Counted from the stretch's first letter, positions 9,165-19,677 are shown. The stretch: DNA of 64,000 nucleotides from Candidatus Heimdallarchaeota archaeon (GCA_011364965.1 RDOB01000002.1:328599-392598); one strand, 5' to 3'. Notes: a model not told the origin generated them from the sequence alone. Numbers and translations: made by a program.

Positions 9165-10346
9165 ATGCCAATCAATCTGAATCCCGAGGCTGCTGCTGAA
9201 TGGGACAAATATCTAGAAGCAAATACGATTGAAGAGCAAATTATGCATTTAGAAAGGTTTTTAGGAGTTGTAGTAAAACATAAGGGAGTAGAGAACCATC
9301 TACGTATGGCTAAGGGGAAATTAAAGAAATTAAAAGCCCAGCGAGCCAAATTAAAATTGCAGCAAGCAAAAACACGTTCAGGAGAGAGGTGGCTGGTACC
9401 TAAGGGAGAGGATGCTCAAATAGTTATAATAGGAACTGTTAATTCTGGTAGATCATCGATTCTTAATGCTTTATCTAAATCAGAAGCAGCTAAAATTGGA
9501 ACATATCCTTTCACCACCGTGAGACCAGAAGTGGGTTCTATAACAGCTGCTGGGGCTCGCTTACAATTAGTGGAACTCCCAGCAATTGTTGATGGTAGTG
9601 CACAGGGGGAGATGTCAGGTAAACTTGTATTAGCAGGAATAAGAAATGGAGACTGTGTGGTTATTGTTTTAGACTTATCAAAGGATCCTGTGGATCAATT
9701 AAAGCTGATTTTAAAGGAATTAAAAACAGGAAAGATAAGGCTAAACACCAAAAAACCTAATGTGACAATAGAAAAGGTTGGATCAGGTAGCATTCAAGTA
9801 TTTAATTCTCATTTCTTTCAAGGTGAAGGTAAAGAAGCAATAATTGACATTCTGAGGGCAAAAGGATATACTAATGTTATAGTGAGATTCTATGATTCTA
9901 CATCTGTAGATCAATTTCTGGATGCTTTGGATTCTACTATTACCTACTTACCTGCAATTATCGTTGCGTCAAAAGGAGATTCAGAGGGGTCGAAAATGAA
10001 TTATGAAGAGCTTAAAAAATTCTTGGAAGACTCAAATCTTCAGATGCAGGTTCTTCCAACAAGCGCAGCGAGAAAAGAAGGAATTGATGGGTTAGAGGAA
10101 GTAATTTTTAGTCAGTTAGGAAAGATTAGAATATATACACGAAATGCAAATGGAGAGGTGGCCGAACGTCCCATTCTCCTGGATCAAGGAGCCATAGTAG
10201 AGGAAGCGATAGAAATCTTAAGCAAAAAAATGCTTAAATTCTTCCGATTTGCTCGAATATGGGGAAAATCAGCGAAATTTGATGGAGAAAAAGTTGGGTT
10301 AGAGCGTGAGCTTCTTGATGGCGATGTTATTCAGGTTTTTGCTTGA
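9165..10346 (+). CDS. DRG/Rbg-family GTPase homolog with a TGS domain and degenerate G1, G3 and G4 motifs
   Basis: Overall architecture is collinear with archaeal DRG, including the C-terminal TGS region RFARIWGKSAKFDGEKVGLE...DGDVIQVF. G1 reads GTVNSGRSS (Lys to Arg), G3 reads ELPA rather than DxxG, and G4 reads SKGD rather than NKxD. Confidence 0.65.
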   Translation: MPINLNPEAAAEWDKYLEANTIEEQIMHLERFLGVVVKHKGVENHLRMAKGKLKKLKAQRAKLKLQQAKTRSGERWLVPKGEDAQIVIIGTVNSGRSSILNALSKSEAAKIGTYPFTTVRPEVGSITAAGARLQLVELPAIVDGSAQGEMSGKLVLAGIRNGDCVVIVLDLSKDPVDQLKLILKELKTGKIRLNTKKPNVTIEKVGSGSIQVFNSHFFQGEGKEAIIDILRAKGYTNVIVRFYDSTSVDQFLDALDSTITYLPAIIVASKGDSEGSKMNYEELKKFLEDSNLQMQVLPTSAARKEGIDGLEEVIFSQLGKIRIYTRNANGEVAERPILLDQGAIVEEAIEILSKKMLKFFRFARIWGKSAKFDGEKVGLERELLDGDVIQVFA

Positions 10347-10353
10347 TAAGCTT

Positions 10354-10923
10354 CTAGCCCTGTCCTTCTTTTTTAAATCTTTCTTGCAAACGTTCAATAA
10401 ATGAATAATATTCTTCTTCAATGATGTCAAAGTAAATTAAAAGTGGTTCTAAGACCTGTGAGATGTTTTTTCCTTTTTTACTGCTTTTAATGCCTTCTGG
10501 TAATGAATCGTATTCTCCTTTAAGTCTTTTCAAGGCTTCATGCATTTCGGATATCATTTCAGCATTTTCTGTATAATTTTTATCCAAAATACTGATAAAC
10601 GAATATACGGAGTCTTTTTTTTCTGAATATTCATATTTATCCTTACTTGTGCCCTTTTTGGGAGTTCGAACAAGAGTTCGCTTAATTACGCCCCAATCCT
10701 CAAGTGTTTTTAGATTACGACTAATCGTGGAAACTGTTACGTTTAATTTTTCAGCTAGATCTCCTTGCTTAAATATTGTATCATGTCCAAAAATAAAAAC
10801 TGTAAATAATCTTCCAAGCATCGGATTCTCATTAAACTCATGCATTAAATCCTCAAGTAAGTTACTAGCCCGTTCTTGAAGTCTATCAAGCTCTTTTGAG
10901 TCTTCCTGTATACCTGAGCTCAT
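10354..10923 (-). CDS. Winged-helix transcriptional regulator (TrmB/MarR-like) immediately downstream of the GH3 gene
   Basis: HTH segment LAEKLNVTVSTISRNLKTLEDWGVIKR. Co-directional with the GH3 gene, 61 bp away. Confidence 0.55.
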   Translation of the reverse strand: MSSGIQEDSKELDRLQERASNLLEDLMHEFNENPMLGRLFTVFIFGHDTIFKQGDLAEKLNVTVSTISRNLKTLEDWGVIKRTLVRTPKKGTSKDKYEYSEKKDSVYSFISILDKNYTENAEMISEMHEALKRLKGEYDSLPEGIKSSKKGKNISQVLEPLLIYFDIIEEEYYSFIERLQERFKKEGQG

Positions 10924-10984
10924 GGTTTTTATTCTCCAGTAAGTTATTACATAAAACTTCTATATAAATAAAATTCTTATAAAT

Positions 10985-13045
10985 TCACTCCTGCTTTGAA
11001 TATATTATCTCTGTTTCCAATTGAAAATCTCGCGAAGAGTTTCCGATCATTAAAAAAAACCTTCCTGGTTCAATCACCCAATTGTGCACTTTTGAATCGT
11101 AAAACGCCAAATTTTTGGCTTTAATTGGAATTTCTATAGTTTTTTGCTCTTTTGAATCAATATATACCTTTTGAAACCCAATTAACTCTTTAGGAGGGCG
11201 TTTAATAGAGCATTCTAGATCTTTGGCATAAACTTGGACAACTTCAGCTCCAGCTCTTTCTCCCGCATTGAAAACTTGTATTTTCAATTTTAGTTCATCA
11301 TCAATGGATTTCAATATGGTTTTATCTAGAGTAACGTCTTTAAAGACAAACTTGGAATATGTTAAACCAAAACCAAAAGGGAATAAAGGTTCAATGTCAA
11401 ATCCATCGGTATAACGATAACCAATAAATATTCCTTCTTCATAATTAACTTTAAGATTTTCTCCTGGAAAGGTTTTAGGAGATTTATGCGCAGGGGAATC
11501 TGATAACGATTTTGGAAAAGAAATCGGTAATTTTCCTGATGGATTCACGTCTCCAAATAAAATATTTGCTATTGCTCTTCCTGCATGCATGCCTGAATAC
11601 CATGCTTCAAGTACAACTGGAACATCTTCCAACCAATCATCCATTCCAATTGGACTACCGTTAATCAAGACAACAATCGTTTTGGGATTTTTCTTTGCAG
11701 TTGATTTTATGAGTTGTACTTGTGATTCTGGCAGTTCTAATCGAATTCTATCTGTTCCTTCACTATCGTTTCCAAACGGAATCACATCTTTCCTTTTATT
11801 ACGTCTAATCATACTCTGATTTGTATAATGATCCAAACCAGCAAATACTATAGCTACATCAGCGATGCTAGAGTCATTTAACAACTGAATTTTATCTTTA
11901 CACCTTTCTTTTAATCCCTGAAAAGGAGTGATTTCATAAGGAGGTTTTACAGCACTACTTCCACCTGCTAATAATTTCCCAAATTTTCTATTCAAGTTTG
12001 GACCCAATACAGCAATTTTCGTAAGGGTAGAGAAGTTTAATGGTAATAAGCTACCAGTATTCTTTAATAAAACAATACCATCTTCTGCCATAGTTTGAGA
12101 AAGTCTTTGATGATCAGCTGTATTTCTTTTACTAGGTAATTGGATTTTCTTATTCTCAAATAATCCAACATAGGTCATAACAGTTAAAAAACGTATAATT
12201 AATTTATTGATTTGTGAATCAGTTATTTTACCAGCTGAATATAATTGCTTTAAGAATTCTGGTTTATACTTATTTGCACTGGGCATTTCAAGAGACAGAC
12301 CAGCCTCAATACAATCCTCTGGAGAGACCGGAGGATCACTACGAGCAAGGGAATACCAATCGGAAACAACAAAACCACTAAAACCCCATTTTGCCCATAA
12401 AAGATCCTCTAGCAGCTCTTTTGATTCAAAAATGTATTTCCCATTAACTTTATTGTATGAAGTCATTATCATCCATGGATTTGCTTCCAAAATTGTTTCC
12501 CTAAATGCACGAAGATAGATTTCATGGAGAGTTCTTTCGTCAATTTCAGCACTTATAGTAAAGCGATTCGTTTCTTGGTTGTTCGCGACATAGTGTTTTA
12601 TACATGCTGCGACTTTCTGACTCTGAACGCCTTTGACATAAGAAACCGCCAACTCCTTTGTTAAGAATGGATCTTCACTGAAATATTCAAAAGTTCTTCC
12701 ATTTAAAGGAGATCGATCAATATTGATACTGGGAGCGAGAATTGCATGTCTCCCAACTGCTCTTGCTTCCTCTCCAGCTGCTTTGCCGTATTCTTTAGCA
12801 AGATCTGGATTCCATGTGGCAGCAAGACAAATACCACCCGGAAATCTCGTATTTTTTCGAAAAAAGCTTGAGTGCATAGATATACCGAAAGGTCCATCTG
12901 TCATTCTAAAGCGTTTGATACCCAATCGTTTAATGGGATTTGTGTCAAAAAATCGGCTCCCAGAACATAATTTGATTTTTTCATCTAATGTTAATTGATT
13001 GAGTAAGTCATTAATATGTTTCTGTTGTTCATTTGATAGTTTCAT
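10985..13045 (-). CDS. Glycoside hydrolase family 3 beta-glucosidase/beta-xylosidase with a C-terminal beta-sandwich domain
   Basis: GH3 signatures KHYVANNQETNR and the nucleophile region GFSGFVVSDW. Size 686 aa. Confidence 0.85.
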   Translation of the reverse strand: MKLSNEQQKHINDLLNQLTLDEKIKLCSGSRFFDTNPIKRLGIKRFRMTDGPFGISMHSSFFRKNTRFPGGICLAATWNPDLAKEYGKAAGEEARAVGRHAILAPSINIDRSPLNGRTFEYFSEDPFLTKELAVSYVKGVQSQKVAACIKHYVANNQETNRFTISAEIDERTLHEIYLRAFRETILEANPWMIMTSYNKVNGKYIFESKELLEDLLWAKWGFSGFVVSDWYSLARSDPPVSPEDCIEAGLSLEMPSANKYKPEFLKQLYSAGKITDSQINKLIIRFLTVMTYVGLFENKKIQLPSKRNTADHQRLSQTMAEDGIVLLKNTGSLLPLNFSTLTKIAVLGPNLNRKFGKLLAGGSSAVKPPYEITPFQGLKERCKDKIQLLNDSSIADVAIVFAGLDHYTNQSMIRRNKRKDVIPFGNDSEGTDRIRLELPESQVQLIKSTAKKNPKTIVVLINGSPIGMDDWLEDVPVVLEAWYSGMHAGRAIANILFGDVNPSGKLPISFPKSLSDSPAHKSPKTFPGENLKVNYEEGIFIGYRYTDGFDIEPLFPFGFGLTYSKFVFKDVTLDKTILKSIDDELKLKIQVFNAGERAGAEVVQVYAKDLECSIKRPPKELIGFQKVYIDSKEQKTIEIPIKAKNLAFYDSKVHNWVIEPGRFFLMIGNSSRDFQLETEIIYSKQE

Positions 13046-13384
13046 TTATTGAACCCGTTGGTTTGCCTAACCTTTAATTAAAAAGAACATAAATCTCCAT
13101 TAGAATTATTAAGGACAACGGTAAGGTTTAGCTTTTTATCACTTTTCGTTTTTTAGGCTTGTTTCTTAATAAACAAGATTTTAAATAACTTTGTATTATT
13201 TGTGCAATTATAATTATTTACACAAAGATAAAAATCACAAAAAGGGATTACTCTTGATCAATCAACTAACTTATTTATTTAAAGATATTAAGATAATGAA
13301 TGCAAGTAAGATGAAAACAAAGTCTCTGGAGATCTTAATAATTACTTCTAGCTAATTTAAAAATTATTTGCATGGGATTAAAGA

Positions 13385-16129
13385 ATGAAACAATATTGGC
13401 ACGCAAAATCTTTGAATTCGGTTATTGATCTTTTGGAAACAGATGATGAACGTGGTCTTTCCTCCTCTGAGGCTCTAAAACGACTCGAGACGTACGGACC
13501 TAATGAATTAGAAAAAACTAAGAAGAAACATCCAATTTTTTTATTTTTAGACCAATTTACTGATCCCTTAGTTATCATACTTCTAGTTGCATTGGTAATT
13601 AGTGTGACGATTGGCGTTTTTTCCCCTCATGAGGAAGATAAGCTTGAATATTTCGTTGATGCAGTAGCTATTACAGTTATTGTACTCTTTAATGCCTTAT
13701 TTGGTTTCATACAAGAATATAAAGCCGAGAAATCAATCGAAGCATTAAAATCAATGGCTGCTCCATTTACTACAGTTGTAAGAGATGGCAAAAAGGACAG
13801 AATAGAAGCGAGATTTCTCGTGCCTGGAGATATTATTCAAATAGAAGAAGGTGACAAAGTTCCAGCAGATGCTCGCCTTATCCAAGCCCATTCTCTTAGA
13901 GTAGATGAATCTATGTTAACTGGTGAATCTTTTCCAGTAGCAAAAGAAAGAAATGCTGTATTACCAGAAAATGCATCAATTGCAGACATACGTAATACTA
14001 TCTTTAGTGGTACAAATATCACAAGAGGACGAAGCTTAGCTGTGGTTATTCAAACTGGAATGAATACTGAATTTGGAAAAATTGCAAAGGGATTGATGGA
14101 TGAAGATACTGAAGAAACTCCGTTGCAAAAACGACTCAAAGTACTGGGAAAATGGATTGGAATTGCAAGTCTTTCTATTTGTGCCATTATTTTCGCAATT
14201 GGGGTTATCTTAAGCCAAAATATAATCGATATGTTTATTGTTGCTGTTGGTTTAGCGGTTGCTGCGGTTCCTGAAGGATTACCAGCCGTTGTTACTCTCG
14301 CTTTAGCCCTTGGTGTTCAAAGAATGAGTCAGAAAAATGCTATTATTCGTCGTTTACCCTCCGTTGAAACCTTGGGATCAACAACTGTAATTTGCTCTGA
14401 TAAAACTGGGACATTAACTCGAAATGAAATGACCGGAAGAAAGATACTCACTGTTGATGAAGAATTATCTATAAGCTCAAGCATGAAGATAAACGAGGCA
14501 GTAGAAAAGATTTTAGCAGTTGCTATAGAGTGCAATAATGCTCAACTTAAATCTAATGATTTCAAGAATGAGATAGACATTGGTGATCCAACTGAAATTG
14601 CTTTATTACGTGTAGCTAAGAAACTGGATTTTTCCACGAATTTTGAGCGGCTTTACGAAATTCCTTTTGATAGTAATTCCAAACGTATGAGTGTAGTGGT
14701 AAAAAATCCCTCTAAAAAATATTTTGTGTTCACAAAAGGAGCTCCTGACGTATTGCTTCAGATATGTGAAAACTATTATTCAAAAGGAGAAATTATGCCT
14801 TTAAATGAAAATGTTCGTCAAAATTTGGAAAAATCTGAACAGCTTCTTGCTGAAAGAGGGTATAGGATGTTAGGGATGGCGTTCAAAGAGGCATCTAAAG
14901 AAAAAGTTGAAATTTCTATTTTTTCGGAAGATACTGAACAAATAGAATCTAATTTAACTTATCTTGGAGCTATCGCGATTATGGATCCACCCCGTGAGGG
15001 AACAAAGGAATCTATTGAGACTTGCAAGGTAGCAGGTATTCGTCCAGTCATGATTACTGGAGATCATATGAAAACTGCCCTTGCAGTGGCAAATGAAATT
15101 GGTTTGGTCGAGGATATTGATACTAAATATTCTATGGAAGGAAGTGACCTTGCTCTATTATCTGATAAAGAACTAAGAGATGCTGTAAAAACAGTGAGAG
15201 TTTTTGCTAGAGTATCTCCTGAACATAAATTAAAGTTAGTATCAGCTTTCAAAGCAAATAATCACATTGTTGCGATGACTGGTGATGGAGTTAATGATGC
15301 CCCCGCTTTAAAGAAAGCAGATATTGGAATATCTATGGGAATTTCAGGTACCGATGTATCAAAGGAAGCTTCTGATATGGTATTAGCTGATGATGATTTT
15401 TCAACAATCGTTGGAGCAATTCTTGAAGGAAGAACAATATATGATAATATGAGAAAATTCATTCTTTACTTATTATCCTGTAATGCAGGGGAAATCGCAG
15501 CTATGTTTATCGGAATCATGATCACATCCATTTTATTCGGAGCTCCTGTATTACCTTTACTTGCGATACAAATATTATGGGTTAATCTTGCAACTGATGG
15601 ACTTCCTGCTCTCGCCTTGGGTGTAGACCCTCCTGATTCTGATGTAATGATAAGAAAACCACGAGATCCAGATGAATCAATACTTACTAAAAAGGCCTTT
15701 TACTTTATTCTATATTCTGGAATCTTAATTGGCGTTGGCACGTTATTCATATTCTTTTGGTATCTTACTTTTTCTACTGCCACAACTGAAATCGAAAGGA
15801 TTATGGAAGCTCGAACGGCAGCATTTACATTACTAGTAACCTTCCAGATGATTATGGCATTAAATATTCGTAAAGAGGAGCACTCACTCTTTGGCAAGGA
15901 ATTTATCCGTAATCCATACCTGCTTTTAGCAATTATCAGTTCAATGTTTTTCCATAGCTTAATACTATATTTACCGTTGTTAAATCCGATCTTTGAAACG
16001 GTACCTTTAAGTCTAACAGATTGGTTATTTGTTCTCATTATTGGGAGTACTCTAATTTTTATAGATGAAAGTCGTACATTTTTATCAAAAAGAGTTCCAG
16101 CTTTGAAAAGTATTGCTGGTTATTGGTAG
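13385..16129 (+). CDS. P-type ATPase, type IIA (SERCA-like Ca2+-transporting)
   Basis: Phosphorylation site CSDKTGTLT, hinge MTGDGVNDAPALKKADIGI, TM4 PEGLPA, and TM6 WVNLATDGLPALALG, which is typical of Ca2+ pumps. Confidence 0.85.
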   Translation: MKQYWHAKSLNSVIDLLETDDERGLSSSEALKRLETYGPNELEKTKKKHPIFLFLDQFTDPLVIILLVALVISVTIGVFSPHEEDKLEYFVDAVAITVIVLFNALFGFIQEYKAEKSIEALKSMAAPFTTVVRDGKKDRIEARFLVPGDIIQIEEGDKVPADARLIQAHSLRVDESMLTGESFPVAKERNAVLPENASIADIRNTIFSGTNITRGRSLAVVIQTGMNTEFGKIAKGLMDEDTEETPLQKRLKVLGKWIGIASLSICAIIFAIGVILSQNIIDMFIVAVGLAVAAVPEGLPAVVTLALALGVQRMSQKNAIIRRLPSVETLGSTTVICSDKTGTLTRNEMTGRKILTVDEELSISSSMKINEAVEKILAVAIECNNAQLKSNDFKNEIDIGDPTEIALLRVAKKLDFSTNFERLYEIPFDSNSKRMSVVVKNPSKKYFVFTKGAPDVLLQICENYYSKGEIMPLNENVRQNLEKSEQLLAERGYRMLGMAFKEASKEKVEISIFSEDTEQIESNLTYLGAIAIMDPPREGTKESIETCKVAGIRPVMITGDHMKTALAVANEIGLVEDIDTKYSMEGSDLALLSDKELRDAVKTVRVFARVSPEHKLKLVSAFKANNHIVAMTGDGVNDAPALKKADIGISMGISGTDVSKEASDMVLADDDFSTIVGAILEGRTIYDNMRKFILYLLSCNAGEIAAMFIGIMITSILFGAPVLPLLAIQILWVNLATDGLPALALGVDPPDSDVMIRKPRDPDESILTKKAFYFILYSGILIGVGTLFIFFWYLTFSTATTEIERIMEARTAAFTLLVTFQMIMALNIRKEEHSLFGKEFIRNPYLLLAIISSMFFHSLILYLPLLNPIFETVPLSLTDWLFVLIIGSTLIFIDESRTFLSKRVPALKSIAGYW

Positions 16130-16283
16130 AGTTTCCAAAAAGAATCCCAGACATGTATAAAAAGAATAATTAATCATAATAGTTCATAGCAATAAGCAAG
16201 GTTTAATAAAAAAGAAGGAACTTCACCTTAAAAAGAAATAATCGTCTTTAAATAATTACCGAGAGTGGAATAGAGGACATATA

Positions 16284-17762
16284 ATGGTATCTATGACTCG
16301 GATCAAAATTTCAAGGGTTTTTAATGCAGCCACTTTCTTCATTTTCACCTTTATCCAGATGATATTTGTTTCATGGATTTCAATAAGCCAAACTTATAAA
16401 GAATCAGCCTTTCCACCAATTAAAGTTCTCGGTTTTTATGTTGCATTCAATCCTTTCGCTGATTTACGTTTCACTGCCTTTCTGGTTCTTTTAACGGCTG
16501 GATTGCAAGTTTTACTACTTGCCTTACTTGTGAATATTGTTTTCTCTAATAAGAATATGGTTCAAATCTACCCTGAACCCCTTTATGGTCCTGCATATGC
16601 TCCTGAGGAAGCGCCGTTAGTCGATAGAACTCTTGGTCTTGTTCAACGCGTTGCGAGCAAAGCTCGTATAAAAGTAACAAAAGTATTCGTTTATCGTAAA
16701 GCAGTTCCAAATGCTTTTAGCTTAGATTTATTACCTATCCCAATTTTTAGAAAACCTTACTTAGTATTAAACACAAATGTATTAGAAATCTTAAATGATA
16801 AGGAAATTGAATCTGTAATTGCACATGAACTTGCTCATGTTAAAAATGGTGATAGTTTTATTCGATTAGTTCTTTCAATACCTAGACTTTTTCTTAATCT
16901 TGCTTATCTTTTTATTTACCTTCAGATTCTTACTGGAATTCTTGATGCTGTCTTTGACTCATTGGATATAGGAGCAGCTGTTGAACGTTTAATCTTCCTA
17001 GGACTGATATATATCTTTATTGCTTTTATCACAAAATTCACAGTGCATTTTTTGTTTGCAGCTAATCATAAAGCAGAATTTCTTGCTGATTATTTTGCTG
17101 CCACTCTAGTTGGCTCCGATATCCTCATAAATTCACTGATCCATTTGGGCCAACGCAGTGAAGCGATGCAGGTTCTGAATCGTGAAATAGAATGGCTTCA
17201 GGGCTTATCGGGAGAAAAAAAACTTTCAACTACGTTATTGAGAAATATTTACCAAAAATTTCCTAAAACTCAGCTCGATGAAGATATTGCAAGAGAAACA
17301 GCTCCAAAATTGTTCTTAGAAGAGAAATTGGAGGAATTAGTTTTTTTCTATGGAATTGAATTGGATAGGCAAATTCGAAATCAGCTTATTGAGCGCGCTG
17401 TCCCCTCGCTTTTGGAAAAAAGAGAGCAATATTACGATACGCTCAAAGATGAAGAATCAGACATCAAACCTAGTATATTAAAAGAAAAGACTATCGACTG
17501 GCGAAGATTCGATGCTGATAAGAACCAATACCTAGAAGAGGATGAAATTGAATCTTTGATTTTTACATTACTCGCGCAACCAGATAAAATGGTTTTTGAA
17601 CATGAACTTTTCCAAGGAACAGAAAAAGATCAGGATCACCCAGGTTTCCGTGTACGGATCCTAAAAATTTTCCAAGTATTTCATCCTGATAAATATGAAC
17701 AAATTGAATCTCAAATTCTCCAACAAGCTGAAAAGCAAGTTATATTAGAAAATCCAGTTTAA
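16284..17762 (+). CDS. M48-family (HtpX-like) membrane zinc metalloprotease with a ~200-aa C-terminal soluble extension carrying an EF-hand-like loop
   Basis: HExxH in IAHELAHV, a third-ligand region ANHKAEFLAD and several TM segments. The C-terminal loop DADKNQYLEEDE fits the 12-residue EF-hand pattern at positions 1, 3, 5 and 12. Confidence 0.7.
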   Translation: MVSMTRIKISRVFNAATFFIFTFIQMIFVSWISISQTYKESAFPPIKVLGFYVAFNPFADLRFTAFLVLLTAGLQVLLLALLVNIVFSNKNMVQIYPEPLYGPAYAPEEAPLVDRTLGLVQRVASKARIKVTKVFVYRKAVPNAFSLDLLPIPIFRKPYLVLNTNVLEILNDKEIESVIAHELAHVKNGDSFIRLVLSIPRLFLNLAYLFIYLQILTGILDAVFDSLDIGAAVERLIFLGLIYIFIAFITKFTVHFLFAANHKAEFLADYFAATLVGSDILINSLIHLGQRSEAMQVLNREIEWLQGLSGEKKLSTTLLRNIYQKFPKTQLDEDIARETAPKLFLEEKLEELVFFYGIELDRQIRNQLIERAVPSLLEKREQYYDTLKDEESDIKPSILKEKTIDWRRFDADKNQYLEEDEIESLIFTLLAQPDKMVFEHELFQGTEKDQDHPGFRVRILKIFQVFHPDKYEQIESQILQQAEKQVILENPV

Positions 17763-18784
17763 TCAAATAGAACTCTTTCTAACATTAAGGGGATATTTCT
17801 TTCATTAGATGGCAGATAGAACAATTTAATATTAGGAAGTTTCCGTAGTTTGCCAAATAAAGGAGTAGTTAATTGCAAAGCTTGCCTTTTAGGAGTAATT
17901 ATAATTCTAACGTCTTGCATTTTGCTTAAAAGTGGAATAAAATCGAATCCTGTTGTAGCTAGCAAATCCGATATTAAAACAAGCGTTTTTTTACGAGAAA
18001 TGACTTTTTTAAACTCTTTATTAGTTGCTTTCAAAGCTGTATAAATATTGGTCTTTCCTCCAGAACGAATATTAATCAGCTTTTGAATGATTTCCTCACT
18101 GGTCATGAAGTGATCTGAATAGCTTTTTAAAATCCTTGGATCTGTATCAAATCCAATTATGGCCATATCACGGATATCCATGATCATGGAAAAAAGAATT
18201 GAGGCCAAGATGATTAATCTTAGATGGGTCAATACCGAATGGCTATGATCAATTAAAAGGATGACACTCTTCTCCTTCCGTTTTCTTTCATAGCATATTA
18301 CATGTTTATACATGAAATATGGGTCACCTGATCCTAGGTAATTCGCTATCGTGTGTTCAAGATGCCAAGACTTGCCTGGAACATAAGGGACCTTTCTGGG
18401 GTATTTAGATCGGTCAATAGATTTTAATATCCTTTCTGCATGCCGAAATAATTTAGGGATTATAAGAGAGATTAGAACTTGTTTTTCATGTTCGGGAAAA
18501 AATTCTTTTATCTGAAAAATTAAAGATGTCGATTCAAGTATAAATTCAGCGCTGGAAAAGTCTAATTGAAGAACTTCAGCAACTGCCCGTGGATGTTTTT
18601 CCGCAATTACTTCAATTGCTCTTAAATTTCTACTTGTAATGGCCTTCTTTGTAAATTCTAACGCAGAATTTTCATCTAGTTTTTGTCTTAAATCGAACTC
18701 GTATATTCGTTCTAGAAGCATGATATCTAGGCCGTTAGAGGATTGTATTGAGATAGATGCGGGACTAATGTCCCGCTTTATCAA
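17759..18784 (-). CDS. von Willebrand factor A (VWA) domain protein, MoxR partner
   Basis: MIDAS motif LLIDHSHSV (DxSxS), then GGKTNI and LISDL. Overlaps the upstream MoxR gene by 4 bp. Confidence 0.7.
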   Translation of the reverse strand: MIKRDISPASISIQSSNGLDIMLLERIYEFDLRQKLDENSALEFTKKAITSRNLRAIEVIAEKHPRAVAEVLQLDFSSAEFILESTSLIFQIKEFFPEHEKQVLISLIIPKLFRHAERILKSIDRSKYPRKVPYVPGKSWHLEHTIANYLGSGDPYFMYKHVICYERKRKEKSVILLIDHSHSVLTHLRLIILASILFSMIMDIRDMAIIGFDTDPRILKSYSDHFMTSEEIIQKLINIRSGGKTNIYTALKATNKEFKKVISRKKTLVLISDLLATTGFDFIPLLSKMQDVRIIITPKRQALQLTTPLFGKLRKLPNIKLFYLPSNERNIPLMLERVLFD

Positions 18785-19632
18785 TTTTTTGAAATATTTG
18801 GGAAAAAAACTGATTCTGCTATTTCAAAAAGGCATTCTTCAATGGTTTTATCAATATCTGGATGTAATTTTACCTTACCTGAATATACAGAATAAATAGC
18901 AGCAAGAAATGTATCACGAGATTTCGGTAAATCCTTTAAAAGATTAGTCAATTGAATAGCGGCCCTAATACTCGCTCCAGAGTCAAAATTGGTATTTTTT
19001 CTTGTTTTCTCTGTGAATTCAACTACCTTCTGTATCAAAGGAAGATCTTTACATCCAGTCCTTAATTTCACAATATCTTCAGCTTCTCCCCCTGATTTAT
19101 GAAATAATCTAATGAGAATACATCGATCAAAAAATGCTTCTGGAAGTGGATTTGTTCCTACATATTCAGAAGGATTTAGGGTAAAGATCGAATAAAAATG
19201 GTCATGAGCTTTAACTTCTCCATATTGCGGGATAAAGATATTCCTTTCGTCCATTGCTGCCAGAACTCCGTTCATACTTTCGCTAGGAGCTCTATTTACC
19301 TCATTGAAGAAAAATAACCCACCGTTGTTCATTGCGTTTGTTAATGGGCCGTGAATAAAGCTTTTCTCGGTGAAACCAAGTTTCATAACTAATGGCGGAT
19401 CAAACCATCCCCGACAATGAGTTATGGTTAGATTTTCATCCCCATCTACCCTATAAAAAGGTCTTTTTAATGCTTTAGCGACTGTTTTAGCTAATTCCGT
19501 TTTCCCCGTTCCTGATTCTCCTTCGATTACGACAGGAATATGGTTATTAATTGCTGCTAGTATTATTTTGATTTCCGAATTGAGGCCTAAGAGATTTTTT
19601 GCACATTCTTGTATAATTAAATCGAAATTCAT
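18781..19632 (-). CDS. MoxR-family AAA+ ATPase (CbbQ/NorQ/GvpN-like)
   Basis: Walker A VIEGESGTGKTELAK and a Walker B region GGLFFFNEVNRAPS in which Asn replaces the usual Asp. Size ~283 aa, which is typical of MoxR. Confidence 0.8.
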   Translation of the reverse strand: MNFDLIIQECAKNLLGLNSEIKIILAAINNHIPVVIEGESGTGKTELAKTVAKALKRPFYRVDGDENLTITHCRGWFDPPLVMKLGFTEKSFIHGPLTNAMNNGGLFFFNEVNRAPSESMNGVLAAMDERNIFIPQYGEVKAHDHFYSIFTLNPSEYVGTNPLPEAFFDRCILIRLFHKSGGEAEDIVKLRTGCKDLPLIQKVVEFTEKTRKNTNFDSGASIRAAIQLTNLLKDLPKSRDTFLAAIYSVYSGKVKLHPDIDKTIEECLFEIAESVFFPNISKN

Positions 19633-19677
19633 ATTCTTTAACCTTAAAAATCGGTATAAGAAGATTCTTAGAGTGTT

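Noticed and set aside
13046-13384. TGTG-N16-CACA imperfect inverted repeat (ttgtgcaattataattatttacacaa) in the divergent GH3/P-type ATPase promoter region, as a possible operator.
   Set aside because: The arms are short and the spacing is unusual. AT-rich intergenic DNA gives many such chance matches. I have recorded it here but not promoted it to a finding.
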